A stretch of 64,000 nucleotides of DNA from Kudoa neothunni (taxonomy: Eukaryota; Animalia; Cnidaria), in contig OZ199838.1 in the NCBI GenBank assembly GCA_964304625.1, forward strand, positions 14,198,061 through 14,262,060, in the 5' to 3' direction. The translations under genes were made by a program, and so were the position numbers. The notes beneath the pieces are model-generated. The model was not told where the DNA came from. It was given only the letters and a program-made list of their open reading frames with translations, and did not search any database. Shown here piece after piece: positions 25,955 to 40,674 of the stretch (positions are counted from its first letter, which is position 1; every line of letters starts with the position of its first letter).

Positions 25955-28900
25955 TGACTTATATCGCAATTTAGTATCACCATATAGTTGAAATGTAACA
26001 AACTCCAATTTATTCCCAATAATTTTATTTTATCCTTTTTTAACACCCAATTATGTGTAAGGAGAATCCCCATTTCGACATAATTTACTAACACAAAATC
26101 CTCAATTGTCCATAGATGTGTGCATAGTTATTTTCAAATTTTTATTCATTTTTGACTTTAATTATATTTTATGTTAAAAATATTGTAAACTTTTATTTCA
26201 ATAATGATGTTAATTTTTTTTATCATCTGCATAAATTTTAGATATGTGTAAAAATGTGCATTGATTTTATAAATTAATTAAAATTATTTGTTGATATATA
26301 ATTTATTAATTTAACTACAGTGAATTGCGTTTATTTCACATTTCTATATTACGCACTTGTACAGTAACTAGAGCAATTTAAGCTTAATCAAGACAAAAAT
26401 ACGTTATTTAAGTTAAGTAGTATCTGATAAATACTATTGAAAAAATAGATAGATATATTTTTGGTATTTTATAACAAATCATTGTTTATGGAACACATAA
26501 ATGAAGTTTATTTCTTAGAAGATATTTTATAGAATAATTTCTATAGTTAAATAAAAATTGTTGACTAAATAAAGGTATTGATTTGCCAACCGATTTTTTT
26601 AAAAAACAATGAAAAAGTTAAACCAAGTATAATCTTTGTATAATTTATTAACAACCTAGGCGAAATAGTTCTGGGCTATAAGATTTTTGAAAGAGTTTAA
26701 AAATGAATATTTTGCCTAATACTATAAAGTTTTTTTTGTATGAAACAATGACTGAAATTATATAAAAGATATAATTCAAAAAGGAAACGATTAAAGAGAG
26801 AATCCACTAGTGTGGATGTTGAATTTGCGATTCAATAGTTTAAACATATCTCAGGTATCATGAAAGATTTTGATTATAAAAATTGATTCATCGTATGAAC
26901 TGACTAAAGTTAGAATTCAGAGAATGCACATACGTGTATTTATTATTTATAAAAAAAATTAAAGTTATGCTTCAATTTTTGCACCAAACGAAAAAGAAAT
27001 TCATTTTATCTATAAATTTTAGACACGAATCCAAATATATATATATATATTCATGAGTTTCGTATGGAGCAATTAAACTTTTGGGACATCGAAATTATTA
27101 GTCTGATAAATTTTATACTAGTAATAAATAAATCCTTACGAAAAAAAATAATAAATATTCCTCATTATTTACATTATAATATTGATAATTTTTCCGTTTT
27201 TAAATTATATATCATATCCGAATCGCTCTATTTTGTGTTGGAACCTATACACTCAATATCAAAGTCTCTAAAAATTGTCAACGTGTTTAATACGCGTAAT
27301 GCGTGGTATCAACCGATTGAAACCTCAAAATAGCGTGATTAATATTACGATCTTATAACTGATAAAATGTTTTGAATTCATAATTCAAAAAGCGTTTTAA
27401 TCTCTTCTTTATTTTACATAAACACACGAAAAATAAAACTAAACGAGAGTTTAAGTTTAATCTAAGATCTAACTTATAATGATTTATGAGTTGCCGCTTG
27501 CCATTTGTACATTTATATTTAAAAGGTCTATTGCATTTTATGCAAACAATAAAGTCTATTTTGGAGGTTTCATCTCCATTTTTAATAAATATGGATTGAA
27601 AATAGCCTTATTCCTTTGACCTCGTTCTAAACTTCTTCCGCAAGGTAAAGATCTCGATTATTTAAACTTTATCTAATATCATCAATATTCCAGGAGAACA
27701 ACTCAACATAGAGGTTTAAAAATGAGAGTACCGAGTAGTCTCGATACTTAAATTTTCGAGGTTGATGTGATAATCCGAATTTTGTTTCAGATTATCTAAA
27801 ACGATGTACATCTACATCTGCTACATATATAAAAACTAAGGCAATTTTCTTTTAATTGTGTAAAAATCGGGAATATTCTGCATCGAAAAATTTCATAAAA
27901 TCATTCAGAAAGTACATTAATCTTTTCAATTAACCCGTCTAGGTTTATATATAGATTATACATTTTATAAATAAAAAAAACTTAAATTCTAATAAGCACA
28001 ATAGCAAAATACTAAAAAAAGTCAATTTGAATCAAAGTAATGAGGTAAACTATGCAATGTATACAGGTAATAAAATTACTCAAATGCTATATTGATGGCG
28101 TTTTTTTATTTTTTAAAATTACCTTAACTCAAAATGAATTATTAAATATATTATTTGATAATCATTTTTTTCTACAAATTTTATTTTTCATCAACTCATA
28201 AAGCTGATTGTATGGTCACTGTAAAAATTTAAGTATAAAATTTTACCAATAAAACTATTACAACTATTTTTGTAATACAAATAAATCAACAAAAAAAATA
28301 TATAAACTAGAAAAGTATTAATCAACTGTAATGATTCTTTTTAAAAATGTATACTCGATAGATAAAAAATGATAGAGAAAATAATTTATCATAAGATGTG
28401 TAGAAAATTATTTGAACGGTTTTGAGTCGTAATTTTGATAACGAAACATTACATAAAATATTTTAAAACTAATAACTAACTTAGTAATTAAAATATATAT
28501 ACAATAAATGAGTTTTTATTGCCTTTTGGAAACTTAACGAAGATTTCGCGTGTGCCCATGGTGTTATATTCGGGATTTTGTACCAATATTAAATGTTATC
28601 ATAATTGGCTGAATACTTCTTCTAAGTATTTTTTATTATTATAAACACTCGTGAAAGAATTGAAAGAAAAAGATGCGTAGAGGGTGTTTTTTAGGTGCCA
28701 CATCCTATTTTATTTATTACCTTTACTTGAAAGATTACTCATGTCTTCCAATCTTAATAAGAAATTGTTAATATTGCCTCGCTAACTATGAAATAGACAT
28801 CAATTTTTAAATAATTTATGTAAAATTTTTACAGCAAACAGAGTACAGTTATAATTAAAGGAATCCCAGACATTATTTCGACCCTACGACTCAATATACA

Positions 28901-29351
28901 TAATCCTCAATATGGTACTTTAAATCTCGATTTTTAAAACCATAATCTGAACGTTCCACCCAAATTTGGATTAGCGCAAGCGCACGTAAATTCCAGGATT
29001 AAACTGCAACTCTTGTTTGCGAGAAAGCATCTATCTCTTTTAGTTAATTGTATCCTGAAGACATTGTTAAATTTTATACAGTACAAAGTATCAACAAATC
29101 AGTCAAAAAAATAGTTTATAATATTCGAAAATTATAAAGAGCCATTATAATCATTTCCCGCTAAATGTCATAAATTATACCTAATATTGATAATTTAAAT
29201 ATTTAAAAGCTACAGCTAAACATTAACAAAACCATCTGCAGAAGTAGAGTAACGAGTCGATATAAAACTAAACGTTATTTCAAATAATACCGCATGCGCA
29301 ATTCAAAATAAGGTCTTCTCGCAACCTAGCACATGCGATTATTTTCGCCAC

Positions 29352-29868
29352 ATGTTTGTTATTTATATTTAGGTTTAAATTTTGTTAGATATCTTTTAGT
29401 TGAAAATTTGTTTTACTGACTCACCCCTAAGTTTGTCCGTTTTGCGTTTCTGTTCCACTACCAATCTACTTTCTTTGAGCAATGGTAAATTATTCGTTGT
29501 TAACTTATTAACAATATTTGTGTACAGAGAAAAATGATAATATGGGCCCGAAGAATGTGAATTACTGCGTAAAACGAACTAGAGGAAATTTCCTTCCAAT
29601 ATATGGCGATTTCAATCGTAATGATGAGTTGTACACTATCAAAGTGAAAAAAATCGAAGGAGATATTGAAGTGTGGACCATAATTTTTATTTTTCACGCC
29701 ATTTTAATTATAAAATTTGTGAATTTTTTTTAGGAATTTGTTAATGATGTTCAAGCAGAGTTTCCGGTGTGCAGAGTTGTTTCACTGTCTCCCATTTCCA
29801 AACATGTTGTGTTTAAACGAATAGATAAAATGGAACTGATTAAATTTTGTATGGACAGAAATTTTTGA
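29352..29868 (+). CDS. MRPL49: Mitochondrial ribosomal protein L49 (mL49/Img2)
   Basis: YCVKRTRGNFLPIY....ELYTIKVKKIEGDIE|EFVNDV...LIKFCMDRNF* fits the Img2 pattern (Y.V.R....LPVY...T.IRKIEGD); the 5' exons and start codon are uncertain. Confidence 0.75.
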
Positions 29869-30617
29869 TTTGTTTATTTGATGTCTTTTGTATTTTGTTG
29901 GAGGTTATTAATTTTATTTAAATATCTAAAAAAAGTGTTTATTACAAATGAATTTCAATATTTTCTTCTCTGTATATTTAAAATGTTAGACTGAAGTTTT
30001 TCATTTATATGAATTCTCACCAATAGGAATTAAAAGCAAGGATAGTCTTGCTTTTAAAACTTACGATCAGCACTTTTATTGACTGAAACATACGAAATTA
30101 TTTTCCCTACATCTCTTAAATCCGATCAATATATACCTCGGTATTATATAATTTTTGTGGCTTAATTTTCAGTTTTATGACAGTTAATGATCAAAATAAT
30201 TTCAAAAAATTATTATTACTGATTAAGCACGATGATTAGATATATTCTAAAGTTTTTGGATGTATTTAAACATAAAATAACAGAAATCGTTGTCTTCGAA
30301 ATTATATATTTTTTTCATTAGGTAATCCGACCATTACCTTCCTAGAAAAGATTGTAGAAATATTTTAGCGAATTATTGAAGCAAATAAGCAGATTAATTT
30401 AGTAATGTATTTAGATCACAACAATATAACGAGGTCAACCTTAATTATAAAGTATCTTAGTTTTCTAAATATAGTCTGAAATTAGATTTCCCAAAAATTA
30501 AGATAATGTATTCCTTATAATTAGAGCATATAATTTTCGATTAAAATCGACGAATTTATAAACAAAATCGACATTTATTTTCTTCGGGACTTATAGGGTT
30601 TAATGACATTTAAACAT

Positions 30618-31801
30618 ATGGCGAGAAAAAAAGACAATTGGTTAGATTTTTGGACGAATGGTCGTTTCTTGAAATAATTGACAAAGTTTCGATTTGCAAA
30701 TACTGCAAAGTTAACCTTCCAGCACAACATAATAGAATACAGGAGCATTCAGTTTCAAAAAAACATAATTCATTGATTAATTTGTCAAACATACGTTTCC
30801 GTTACCTAATTCGTTTTATAGAGATAGAAATGATGATCACTCGTTGGATTAAAAAGGGGTATTTATGTTGGATTCCACGATTTTACATGAATACAACTCA
30901 ATGATTATTTCTAACCATATTTCTCAAGTGATGACAGAATATAAATTCGACTGGAACAATTGTTTGGCTATAATATCTAACTCAGAGTCATATATGATAA
31001 AATATTACAAAAATATTTCATCTTCCAATTCAAAAAACTATCAAAGGCATATTTCCTCATGTAAGATTTGTTTGCACGAAATTTTCGACACGTCTTTCAA
31101 AAACAGACGTGCTACGAAGGTTGTTACGTATCATCTAGAAAAACATTATATTGAATATTTAAAAGAAATACCCACTGTAAATGATTGCAGATGGTATAGT
31201 CTCTATAATTGTGTTAATGAAGTGTTAAATTATATTTTTGCCGATATCGACTTCTTGGTTGATAATGAAATGACTTTTTCAAGTGTATTCGAATGGATAT
31301 CGTCAACGTTCCAAATTTATAAAACTTCAATAATATTATCTCAAGATCAAACCCTTTCTGAATGGAATGTTAAGGAGAGAAAAGCCAACACAATTATGTT
31401 GAATTTGTTTATTGATAAATTAATATTGAATCTCAATGAGATAATATGAAAAAAAAACGTACGATTGCTTCCCATCTTCAACGTTAATGGAGACTGTCAA
31501 GAACCTTGATACAGCCAAAAACATGAATTTAAAATTAATAAACGTTCAACTTCAATTATTATCCCCCTTAAATGAAATAGATGTGAATGATGATTCACAC
31601 TTTCGGATCAACAAGAGAAGATTATTCCCAGTGTTATCAAAAATAGCTCTGGATATTTTATCAATTCCTACTTCTTCAATCGTTGTTGAAATCAGCTTTT
31701 CAGGAACGAGCCATTTATTCACACAATATGGATCTTCACTCTCAAAAGAAAAGTGCTCAATTATCATGCAGCTATATTACAATGGAGACTTTAAATATTA
31801 A
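30618..31801 (+). pseudogene. Decayed hAT transposase
   Basis: N-terminal zinc finger CKYC..L......I.EH..SKKH, internal RWYS motif, C-terminal dimerisation motif LFPVLSKIALDILSIPTSSIVVEISFS; split across frames. Confidence 0.8.
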
Positions 31802-32840
31802 TAATTGATGTAATTAGTCATATTTTATTTATTTTCATAATTATATTATTTTCTATCAGAGTTATTAATTTTCGTTATAATAAGATAATATTTTTGATAT
31901 TTATCTAATTAAAGATGGATTTTTTTTAACAAGTCTACGTCCAAATAAACGATTTACATCATTTACGTAATTTAAATGATTTAATTTTCGACAATCAGTT
32001 AATTTATACACTAGATGTGAGTACTTTTCAACAAACCTCTACATGGTAACACTAATCCTTTTTATGTGAAAAAACGTCGATTTCAATCGAAGATTTTAGT
32101 AAAAATTAGCGTCGAAAATTACACGCTCTACTTATAATCAAAATGGATTTTTTAAGGTGTTAAAAAGATTTTTTTATCCAAATAAAGAAACTAGTTAAAT
32201 GAGACGTAGAAATAGAAAAAAAATCAAGCTTTCAATTTAAGAATAAATAGCCCATGCAAAATATTAATAAACATTCTAGATCATGTATTATTTAATCAAT
32301 GACTGATTCTTAATTTAAGATAGAATTGATGAAAAGTAATTTGTTTCAAGGTGATAAAGTTAGCCATGATATAATTGCATTTCTTGAATGGATTGAACAA
32401 TTTAAGACAATACACATTTATAATAAAAAAATTGTAACCTCCGATAAAATTTAATTTTTATGAAAAAATTATCAGTGTATCTATGAAACAAGAATCATAT
32501 CAAAATTAAGGATTTGTAAGAATTAATAACAAAGCGTTAATAACTGTTTATTATTATTCGTAGTATATGTTGTTGAAACTTTACTACGGTAAAAATGTAA
32601 AAACAAGTTCCAGTGCTGGTTATTAATTTTTAAAAAATTCATCGCACGAGAATAGCCAATTCGTCAACGGAATTATCAGGTACTTGAGACAGTCACATGT
32701 ACGAAATAATCGTAAAACACGCGTATATAGAAGAGGGTGAGTTTAAAATTTCGTTTCTACTGGAATTTTGCAATGAAGAGGATTTTTCAATCGTTTCCAA
32801 AAATTAAACAGCCATACCTTGAAAAAGATTGCTTAAGTTT

Positions 32841-32885
32841 ATTATTATTATTATTATTATTCTATAATAATAATAATCATCATCA
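32841..32885. repeat. Compound trinucleotide microsatellite (ATT)n-(ATA)n-(ATC)n
   Basis: Directly visible tandem repeats. Confidence 0.8.
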
Positions 32886-34458
32886 CGAACTATATCAGCT
32901 TTATTGGATCTAAGATTTTAGAATAACTTTTTGTCATTAATGTTAGACAAATTATGTACTAACATTACTTGAGACGTTTTGTGAGGTTACCAATGAAGTA
33001 ATTTCAAAGTTAATAGTTAATGCGGGAAAAAATAATCCTTTGAATAAATAGTAAATACGTGGGCGCAGCCCACTATTTATTTTACTTCATTTTATATTGG
33101 AATCGTATTATAAACATAAATGATATGTTAATATGATTTCATTAGAAAAAAGTTATATCAATTCTTGATTGAAAATCCGCTTCGTTTCCATTTTTCCTGT
33201 TATTGCAATCGAGCGATAAAAAAACTCACCAGAAGAACTTGAATAATTATTTTAGTTTATTACAGCAACCAGTATATTTATCTGCATAGGGAATTGAAGA
33301 TAAGCTATTTCGTGACGTGTAACCCTTCTTCTGGCCGAATGTATCATGTGGAAAATAAGAATACGTGTTATAAAAGTATAATTCTTCTATTGAAGAAAAT
33401 TTTAGAAATAATATCTAATATAAAGCAAAATTGAATGCAAAGCCACACTGAAGGCATTCAATATGAATATTTAATGGGTCAACAGAGTGGAGGCGATCTC
33501 CTATGAGAGTTAATTGTTATAGAGAGAATTTATAAACTGTTAAACTACTGAAACCTCTGCTGATTTGAGGTATTTGTTTCATTATTTAGCGTGTTCTTTG
33601 TCGAAAATTTGGTTTTAGAATTAAATGTTTGATAAGGTTATCCAACGACTAAATGGAAGCCATTTTGACGTTTACTTAATTACTTGGAAATATTTTGTTG
33701 GATTATATAGTTTATTATTCTAAGAAATTTAACCAGTTCTAAAATATACTTCAAGCTATTTATTCAGATGAAAAGTTTAGTTTGAGTCATTTAAAAATTA
33801 ACATTATTTGATGGACATTGTTTATAGAATTAAAAATTTATGTCTCTAGAGACACATGGAGTGAATGAAATAACGATGATACCTCATTAAATAAAGATAT
33901 CTGTATTTGACGAGGTTGAATGAAAGAAGCAATTTTTAGACTTTAATGACACGATAAAACTCTCTTGTCATAAACAGAAGTTTTTACAACGAGCCAATTG
34001 TACAGGCGACAAAAACTATAGAGCTTCAGCTGAGTTGAAAAATGAAATTTTTAAACAGTTGTCAGTAGATTGTAATTAATGGATTGGGGGTATGGTAATT
34101 ATTGCGACTAATCTTACCTCAGGTTAGTTACCCACACAATGATTGAGTCTCAGTCAAAAGTCATATAATAGACATTTACCGCTTAACTTTCTAGGGAATT
34201 TAATTAAGCCACACTGGGATACTGCCTTTGTATTTTGGTTCAGTGAAAACCAAAAGGATCTGTTGTCAGCAGCCAAGGGACTTGTATAAATACTAGTCGC
34301 GCTCAGATGAGACACATTTCCAGTAACTACCTCTTGAGGGTTGGCTACATAATCAATTCTGTCTCTGAACACTTTCCATCTCAACCATACCCAGTAATAA
34401 TATTGTCATGGGAGATTGTATTTGCAGATAACCTGGTTAACATTTCCAACAGGTGAAT

Positions 34459-37400
34459 ATGAATGCCAACTCGGTTTCTAATTTGATTGGTGGGGTGGTG
34501 AATCCCAAGGAAACAACCAACACCAAACAACTCGATCCCATCTGCAATAAAAGTGACGACCAATCTCCGCTAAATGATGATTTCTCGTTGTACAACCAAA
34601 GTGGGTTCCAGCTGAAAAAAAGCCAGCTCTATGATTGTAATAGAAACGATAATGCTTCATCAAGTGCAGTTGTATACGAGTAAGCTTTTGATAGGAATTA
34701 TATTGATGTTCTTGTCTTTGTTGGCTCTAAATAGTATTCCAGTTTAATTACATACTAGCTCGTTAATTGTAAGCATTATGATTAAATGTAATTGCAAAAC
34801 ATCTAAATACTTGAGCAAACAACTCTAGGGCACAATAGCAAAACTTCCTCTAGCCTAAGTGTTAATTTACACGTATTTAAATGAATTTATGTAATAGAGA
34901 CACGCCCCTTTATTGACTATGGGGAGTTATTTGAGATGAGGTAAAATTTTGTGTCGGTTGAAGGCCGAAATATAGTCATTATTAGTGAAATGTAAATTAA
35001 TTAAGCTTGTGAAGTTCCTTACGTTCTCAGTGATTTAATTTGCTTTCAAAAAATACATCAGAAATAAAAAATAATAACCCCATGGGTATTTTTGAACAAA
35101 TGACTAAATCACATCTTGGATCTGATGGTAAAGTTTATTCGTTTTAGATTAATTTTACATTGATAATAGTTCGATATAGTGCCACATGAGTGATTAATTA
35201 TTAGTAAACACTTAGATAATTTATATAAAATATTTAACGACCTCAAAATAATAAAAATAAATATTTTCTATCAAATTAACCCTAGCAACCAATTTTGTAC
35301 GTTTCAATGTGTTAGGTGACCAATCAATAGCACTTCTAAATTATGTTAATTAACTCAGTCGTTCTATGACAATATTCCGCTGAAATCGGCGGATATATTT
35401 CTACAATGATTTTCGTGATTATTAATTCACGATTTTAAGGATTTTTCAATAGAAAACGCAATATCAGTAATCCAAAATGTTTAATACGCTATCAATCTAA
35501 TCAAAATGTTGGTAAACAAATTGAATTGGAGGGTCAATCAGGAGATTCCTACAAATCTGTTGCTTTCCGATGAACGATAAAGTGAGGAACTTTACACAAT
35601 TGGTTGCTAATACTTTAAGAAGTGGTCAATCAGATAAATAGCTTAAATCAATACTCAAATGGCGTTTATTTTTAGTTTTAATTATATCTTATAGTATAAA
35701 TCTGCAAACGTTTTTTAAAAAATTGCAAAAATAATAGAAAAAATTTAAATAAATCATATAGTTTCTAATGAAATTGTTATAATGTTGTTTTAATCGATCC
35801 AATATTCAATAATCATATATTATCAATATAGTTTACTTTGGAGACTTGGTTTATACTGAATTCTCATGCTAATTCTCCTCACATTTAGATCAATAGTATC
35901 AAATGTCAATTTTGAAAAACAACCACCAGACAATTTAAGAAAAAGCAACTTTTTCCATTTTGATCTATCTTTCAACGATATCAATGGTTTCATGGTCACT
36001 GTTGACAAGGCTGTATTTGTGGGGTTTCTTGAAGATACTGAGGTGAAATTATTCGTTAATTAAAAAAAATTAATTTTATCTTTTGCATTAAGGACGAAAA
36101 AAAGTTGAAAAATGGTATTCGTTATAGAATGATAATGCGAAGCTCCAGCGGTAAATAAAATATGCCCCTTGTTAATTATAATTTGAAAACTTTATAATTA
36201 ATTATGATTATTATTAGGAATAACTAAGGAAGAAACGGTTGTGATTAGGTTGGTTGATAGTGTCTCTAAAAAAGTAGGTTTAAACAAAATAATTAAATTT
36301 GTTTACTAATACAATGCATTAGCCTATATCGTACGACGGTCAAGACAAAAATCCGGATATGTGTCGTGTTCTTCTAACTCACGAAGTTATGTGCAGGTAT
36401 ATTAGACAAAGTTTTGTGAATCAAAAACGTTAATGTTTGATTACAATTTTTGTTTGTAGTCGATGCTGTGAAAATAAATCCTGTGGGAATAGAAACGAAA
36501 CTCCCTCCGATCCAGTTATTATTAATAACGGGTAAAAATATTTAATGTGATATAATCAAAATAATTAACTTTAACAGAAAATTTATTCGCTTACATATGA
36601 AATGTAATCAAAATTGTTTAAAAAATGCGGGAAATCCAAGAGAAACTAGACGATTTAAGGTAATTTTCAATGTATTCGACCCAAAAATATATACTTATAT
36701 AAATTCATGTTTTTAATGAGGGACATCATAAGTTATTAATTCTGTATTCTTGATTCATTTAGGTTATGGTTTATTCAGAGTTTGAAAACGGCTCACTTAA
36801 ACCATTGATTTGTTCCGAAAATATGTTTGTTCATAACAACTCCAAGCATGGTCGTCGACCAGGGTCAAGCATCGATCACATACCCGCTGGTCCAAGTAAT
36901 CCGTTCTTATTTGATGTATATAGACATTATCATTTAAAGTGGATGTTAAATCGCCACCATCCTTAACTCAAATAATCCCTAAAGAAGGCAGATCCAGCGG
37001 CTATGAGGAAATAGCTGTGATTGGAGATAATTTCTTCGAAGGAATTAAGATCGCATTTGGGAATCAGCTTTCACTTAAAACTGAAGTAGATATTCATTCG
37101 ATGTTTTATTTCCCCAAATGAATATTTTTTCTTTGTATTTAGTATATTAGCTCAAATGTGTTGAAAGTTATTACACCACCATATATTGGCGAACGACAAG
37201 TTGAAGTTAAATGCATTTATGCTTCGCATATTTTCCATCGAGGAAAATTTCCAATATTCAACTATTATAGTAATGAATTAGTAGAATGTTCGTAGTAAAA
37301 TATATTTCAAAGGTTCGCCCCGAAGCACCGATCTTGACTATCAGTTCGAAAGAGTGTGGAACTTGTTGCCAAAATCTTCCCAAGAAACCGATAGACCCTC

Positions 37401-38306
37401 TGATGTAATTTAACATTGATCTCTTTTTATATTTCATACAAATTTATTTCAAATTCTAATCTAGGAGATTGTGTTATCAAGAGTGTCTGATACCTTTGAG
37501 TTCATTTATGCTTCCAACATGTCCATGTATCAAAGCAATAGTAGCAACAATGGGAGCAACAGTTTGGTTCACAATTCATCTTCTGAAATTAATCAGTTCG
37601 CTTCCACAAACCAAATAGGATCTACCCCCACCTATTCATTTGGTGGAGTTTATGCTAACGCCAACACAAGTGTTAACAACCCCAATAGCAATGCTGCATT
37701 TAACCAATACAGCAACAACTACAAATCAATAAAAATACATTGTAAAGATGGTATTTGGACAAATTTTTCTTCTAATGAGTGACATTTTAATTCTATACAT
37801 AATTACAGATTTTTCCTCCCAGAATGTCCCAGCTGATCTCTTACAACAACATTCAATGGTAGACTCTGAGATGATCAACGGTAATAATGGTAGTGCTCCA
37901 AACTTGAATACTGTAATAGAATTATGATTTTATCGTATCCTTATAATATTCTTAGGGAAACCTGTTCCACGGCAATAACGTTTTCAGCGGAGGAGTACCT
38001 TCAACCAGCTATAATGGCATTAATATGCCCCCTCATGGAAACAACCTCACGAACGCTGCCAATGTAAGCAACTCAACCACCTCAAATATCTCCAACAGCA
38101 CTTCATCTATTTCCACTTCACTTCCACATCATTTGGCATCCAGTGTGAATAATAATGGAGCGCCAACCACAAACAACCCCAACGTTTATATGTGCCAATA
38201 TGGTATTATTGATAATTGAACGATATACACGGTGCTTATTTATACTAAAAATAACGTTATAGGTTACTCCAGCTATCCTGCCAGTGCAAATTACACCAAA
38301 AAATAA
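34459..38306 (+). CDS. COE: Collier/Olf/EBF transcription factor
   Basis: [58 protein letters not shown] zinc knuckle, [29 protein letters not shown] domain (VIGDNFFEG), [24 protein letters not shown], Ser/Asn-rich tail; 1.2-kb first coding intron (34680-35888). Confidence 0.97.
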
Positions 38307-39180
38307 TTCTCATCATCGGAACGCATTATGAACTATTAGCTCCTCCTATTTTTGACATCTTATGGCTCTAGTTTAAACTTTATTGTATTGTTAGCGCAAA
38401 ATTCCCAAATTTGTAGATAATGTGAGATCATTTATTTAAAACTTGGGTTGTTCTGAATGGATTCTTCTTATTTTAAAGTTTACTTTTTAAGAGAGTCGCT
38501 GAGTGTGAGATTTAAATTGATTATAATTAACTTTAAGCAGACTTTGATATGTTCAATTAGAATTCATTTGTCTATTTCGATTGAAACAATTTTATTGAGC
38601 ACCTATTTGAATAATTTTTCACATTAAGACAACAAATAATAATAATACCATTTTTTGATTAAGTTTCTAAAGTATTAACTATTATCGAGGGAAATTACTT
38701 TACATTCGCAATAAAAATATATATATATATATATATATACATAACAATTTTTTATCAATCTGGCGAAAAAATGCCAAATATTTGTTCGTGGTGAGTTATT
38801 GTGAATCATTACATTTACAATGTGAACACGCGGTCAATAAAATATTCAATCCAATTTTTGGATATACTCCACAAATAAGCTATTTATTATAATAAAAATG
38901 ATGTCGCCAAATATATCGCATTTTTAATATATTATAATATCTTAAAAATGGATTCAGTCATGAAAATAGACGATTTAGACTTAATTACTTCTGGCCGCCG
39001 CTTCGCTCTTAAGCACCATAAATAGTTAAATATAGCAGATTCCAAACAGTTACATATGTATACAGTTTATGACAAGAGTTTTCTGGGATTAAAAATTTCA
39101 ATCACGCAAGCGTACATACCATTAGGATTAAATTTACTGCGCCAACAGCCCCTGCCTATATTGAATGTCATTCTGGCCGA

Positions 39181-39658
39181 GGACAGATAGCCCAGTGGTC
39201 TGGTGACTGGACTCAATATCTGGAGGTACTGGCTAGACTCGTATCTCGTTACTGATCAATCTATTGTTTCCCTACGAACATGTCTCTATTTACTAATGGT
39301 GGGGGGAGGTTGTTGTTATTAGAGTGAGAATGCCTTATAAGTTTAACTTTATCTGAAGTTATAATTTGATATAGTGAAGGAGGTTAAATTGGATGTTTTA
39401 ATCGTCGGAGATACATTAACAGGCTCGAAACCTCGGTAAGAGCCCAAGTCCTTACGGATAGGGTAGGGTTGGGGTGATGGTTTCCTTGCAAACGAGGATA
39501 CTTAGTGGGTTAAACTCCGACACCACCGTATAAAGATAAGAGATGTAGATGTCACTCGTCCTGCGGTACTTACAGCGTTAACGGGGGTGGCCTGATCAGC
39601 TGTGTCTCCACAACCTACTAATTTTTTAACAGGGGTTTTACCTTGTAAATAAAAAAAA
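39181..39658 (+). mobile_element. tRNA-derived SINE (near full length)
   Basis: A-box TAGCCCAGTGG, anticodon-like arm CTGGA-ctcaata-TCTGG, degenerate B-box GGCTAGACTC; 3' ~190 bp homologous to 55392-55590 (minus strand) and ending in an A-rich tail. Confidence 0.65.
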
Positions 39659-40674
39659 TTGGATGTCATTAGCGATATAAATGAATAATTTTATGACGTT
39701 TAATACGAAAATCTTATTTACTTGATTTAAAGTTTATAATTATTTGTGTTATTAGATAAGCTTTGCTCTTGATGATAGGACTATGTAGTTAGTTGGCCCT
39801 CATATCAAATAGTGCCAACCTTGGTGTATATAGTCTCAACTATAAATAATCTCGCCAAATGCGGAGATGAAAATTGGAGAAGACAACGATTTGCACGTAT
39901 CACACGTTAATTCCATTATACCCAATCGTGACTTACGCCCACCGAAATATTCTCGGCCCTCATTGATGAGAAAAATTGATTTAGGAATTTTAACCAAATT
40001 CTAATAGTAAATTTCAATAGTTAATTTTCTCAATATTATTTAAGTAGAATTACTATCATTGCATGGCAGAACTCGAGATTGATTAATAGAATTACACGTG
40101 AAAAAACAAACAACTACTCACCGTGCTTTCCAAGGTGTCGCCACTCTTAAATAACTACCATCTACTGTGTTCTATTTCGAATTTGCCATACTCAGTTTTG
40201 CATTATATGCACAATTTTTGGTGTAGTTTGCGTATCAAAAAGAAAAGACAGACAACACAAATAGAATATTCGGTAAGAAAATGTTTTATAGTCAATGCAT
40301 AGAATATTTTTTTATGTATGGAAATTATGTACACGAATTGAAGAGGAATGTAATTGACGTTGAACAAGCTTAAAAAGAATAAAATGTATCAACGGTTACA
40401 CCCACCAAAGATAGCTAGTTGGCTAGCTAGTTAGCAAGCACTAACAATGGAATACAAAAAAATTAGGCACCTCTTGCACCAATAAAATATGTGGCTGTAG
40501 TCTTCGTAAAATGTAGAAGTACAAACCACTGACGTTGAGACATCAATTTATAGTGCAAAGGGTAGAATTCGATTCGATTCGATTCGAATTGATTTGATTT
40601 AGTAGAGTTGATCACAATCATGAATAAATCAATGGACGAAAAGCATGGAGTAAAAATATAAAAAATTTTCATCA

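Noticed and set aside
27540-29200. Possible reverse-transcriptase or transposase debris (short similarity to 930-955)
   Set aside because: Too decayed to support a call without a profile search
39181-39255. Functional tRNA gene
   Set aside because: The T-arm/B-box and acceptor stem are degenerate; better explained as a SINE head
40566-40600. (GATTC)n/(GATTT)n pentamer array in the Mxd 3' region, and (AT)n runs elsewhere
   Set aside because: Simple microsatellites without spacers; not CRISPR-like and no evidence of function
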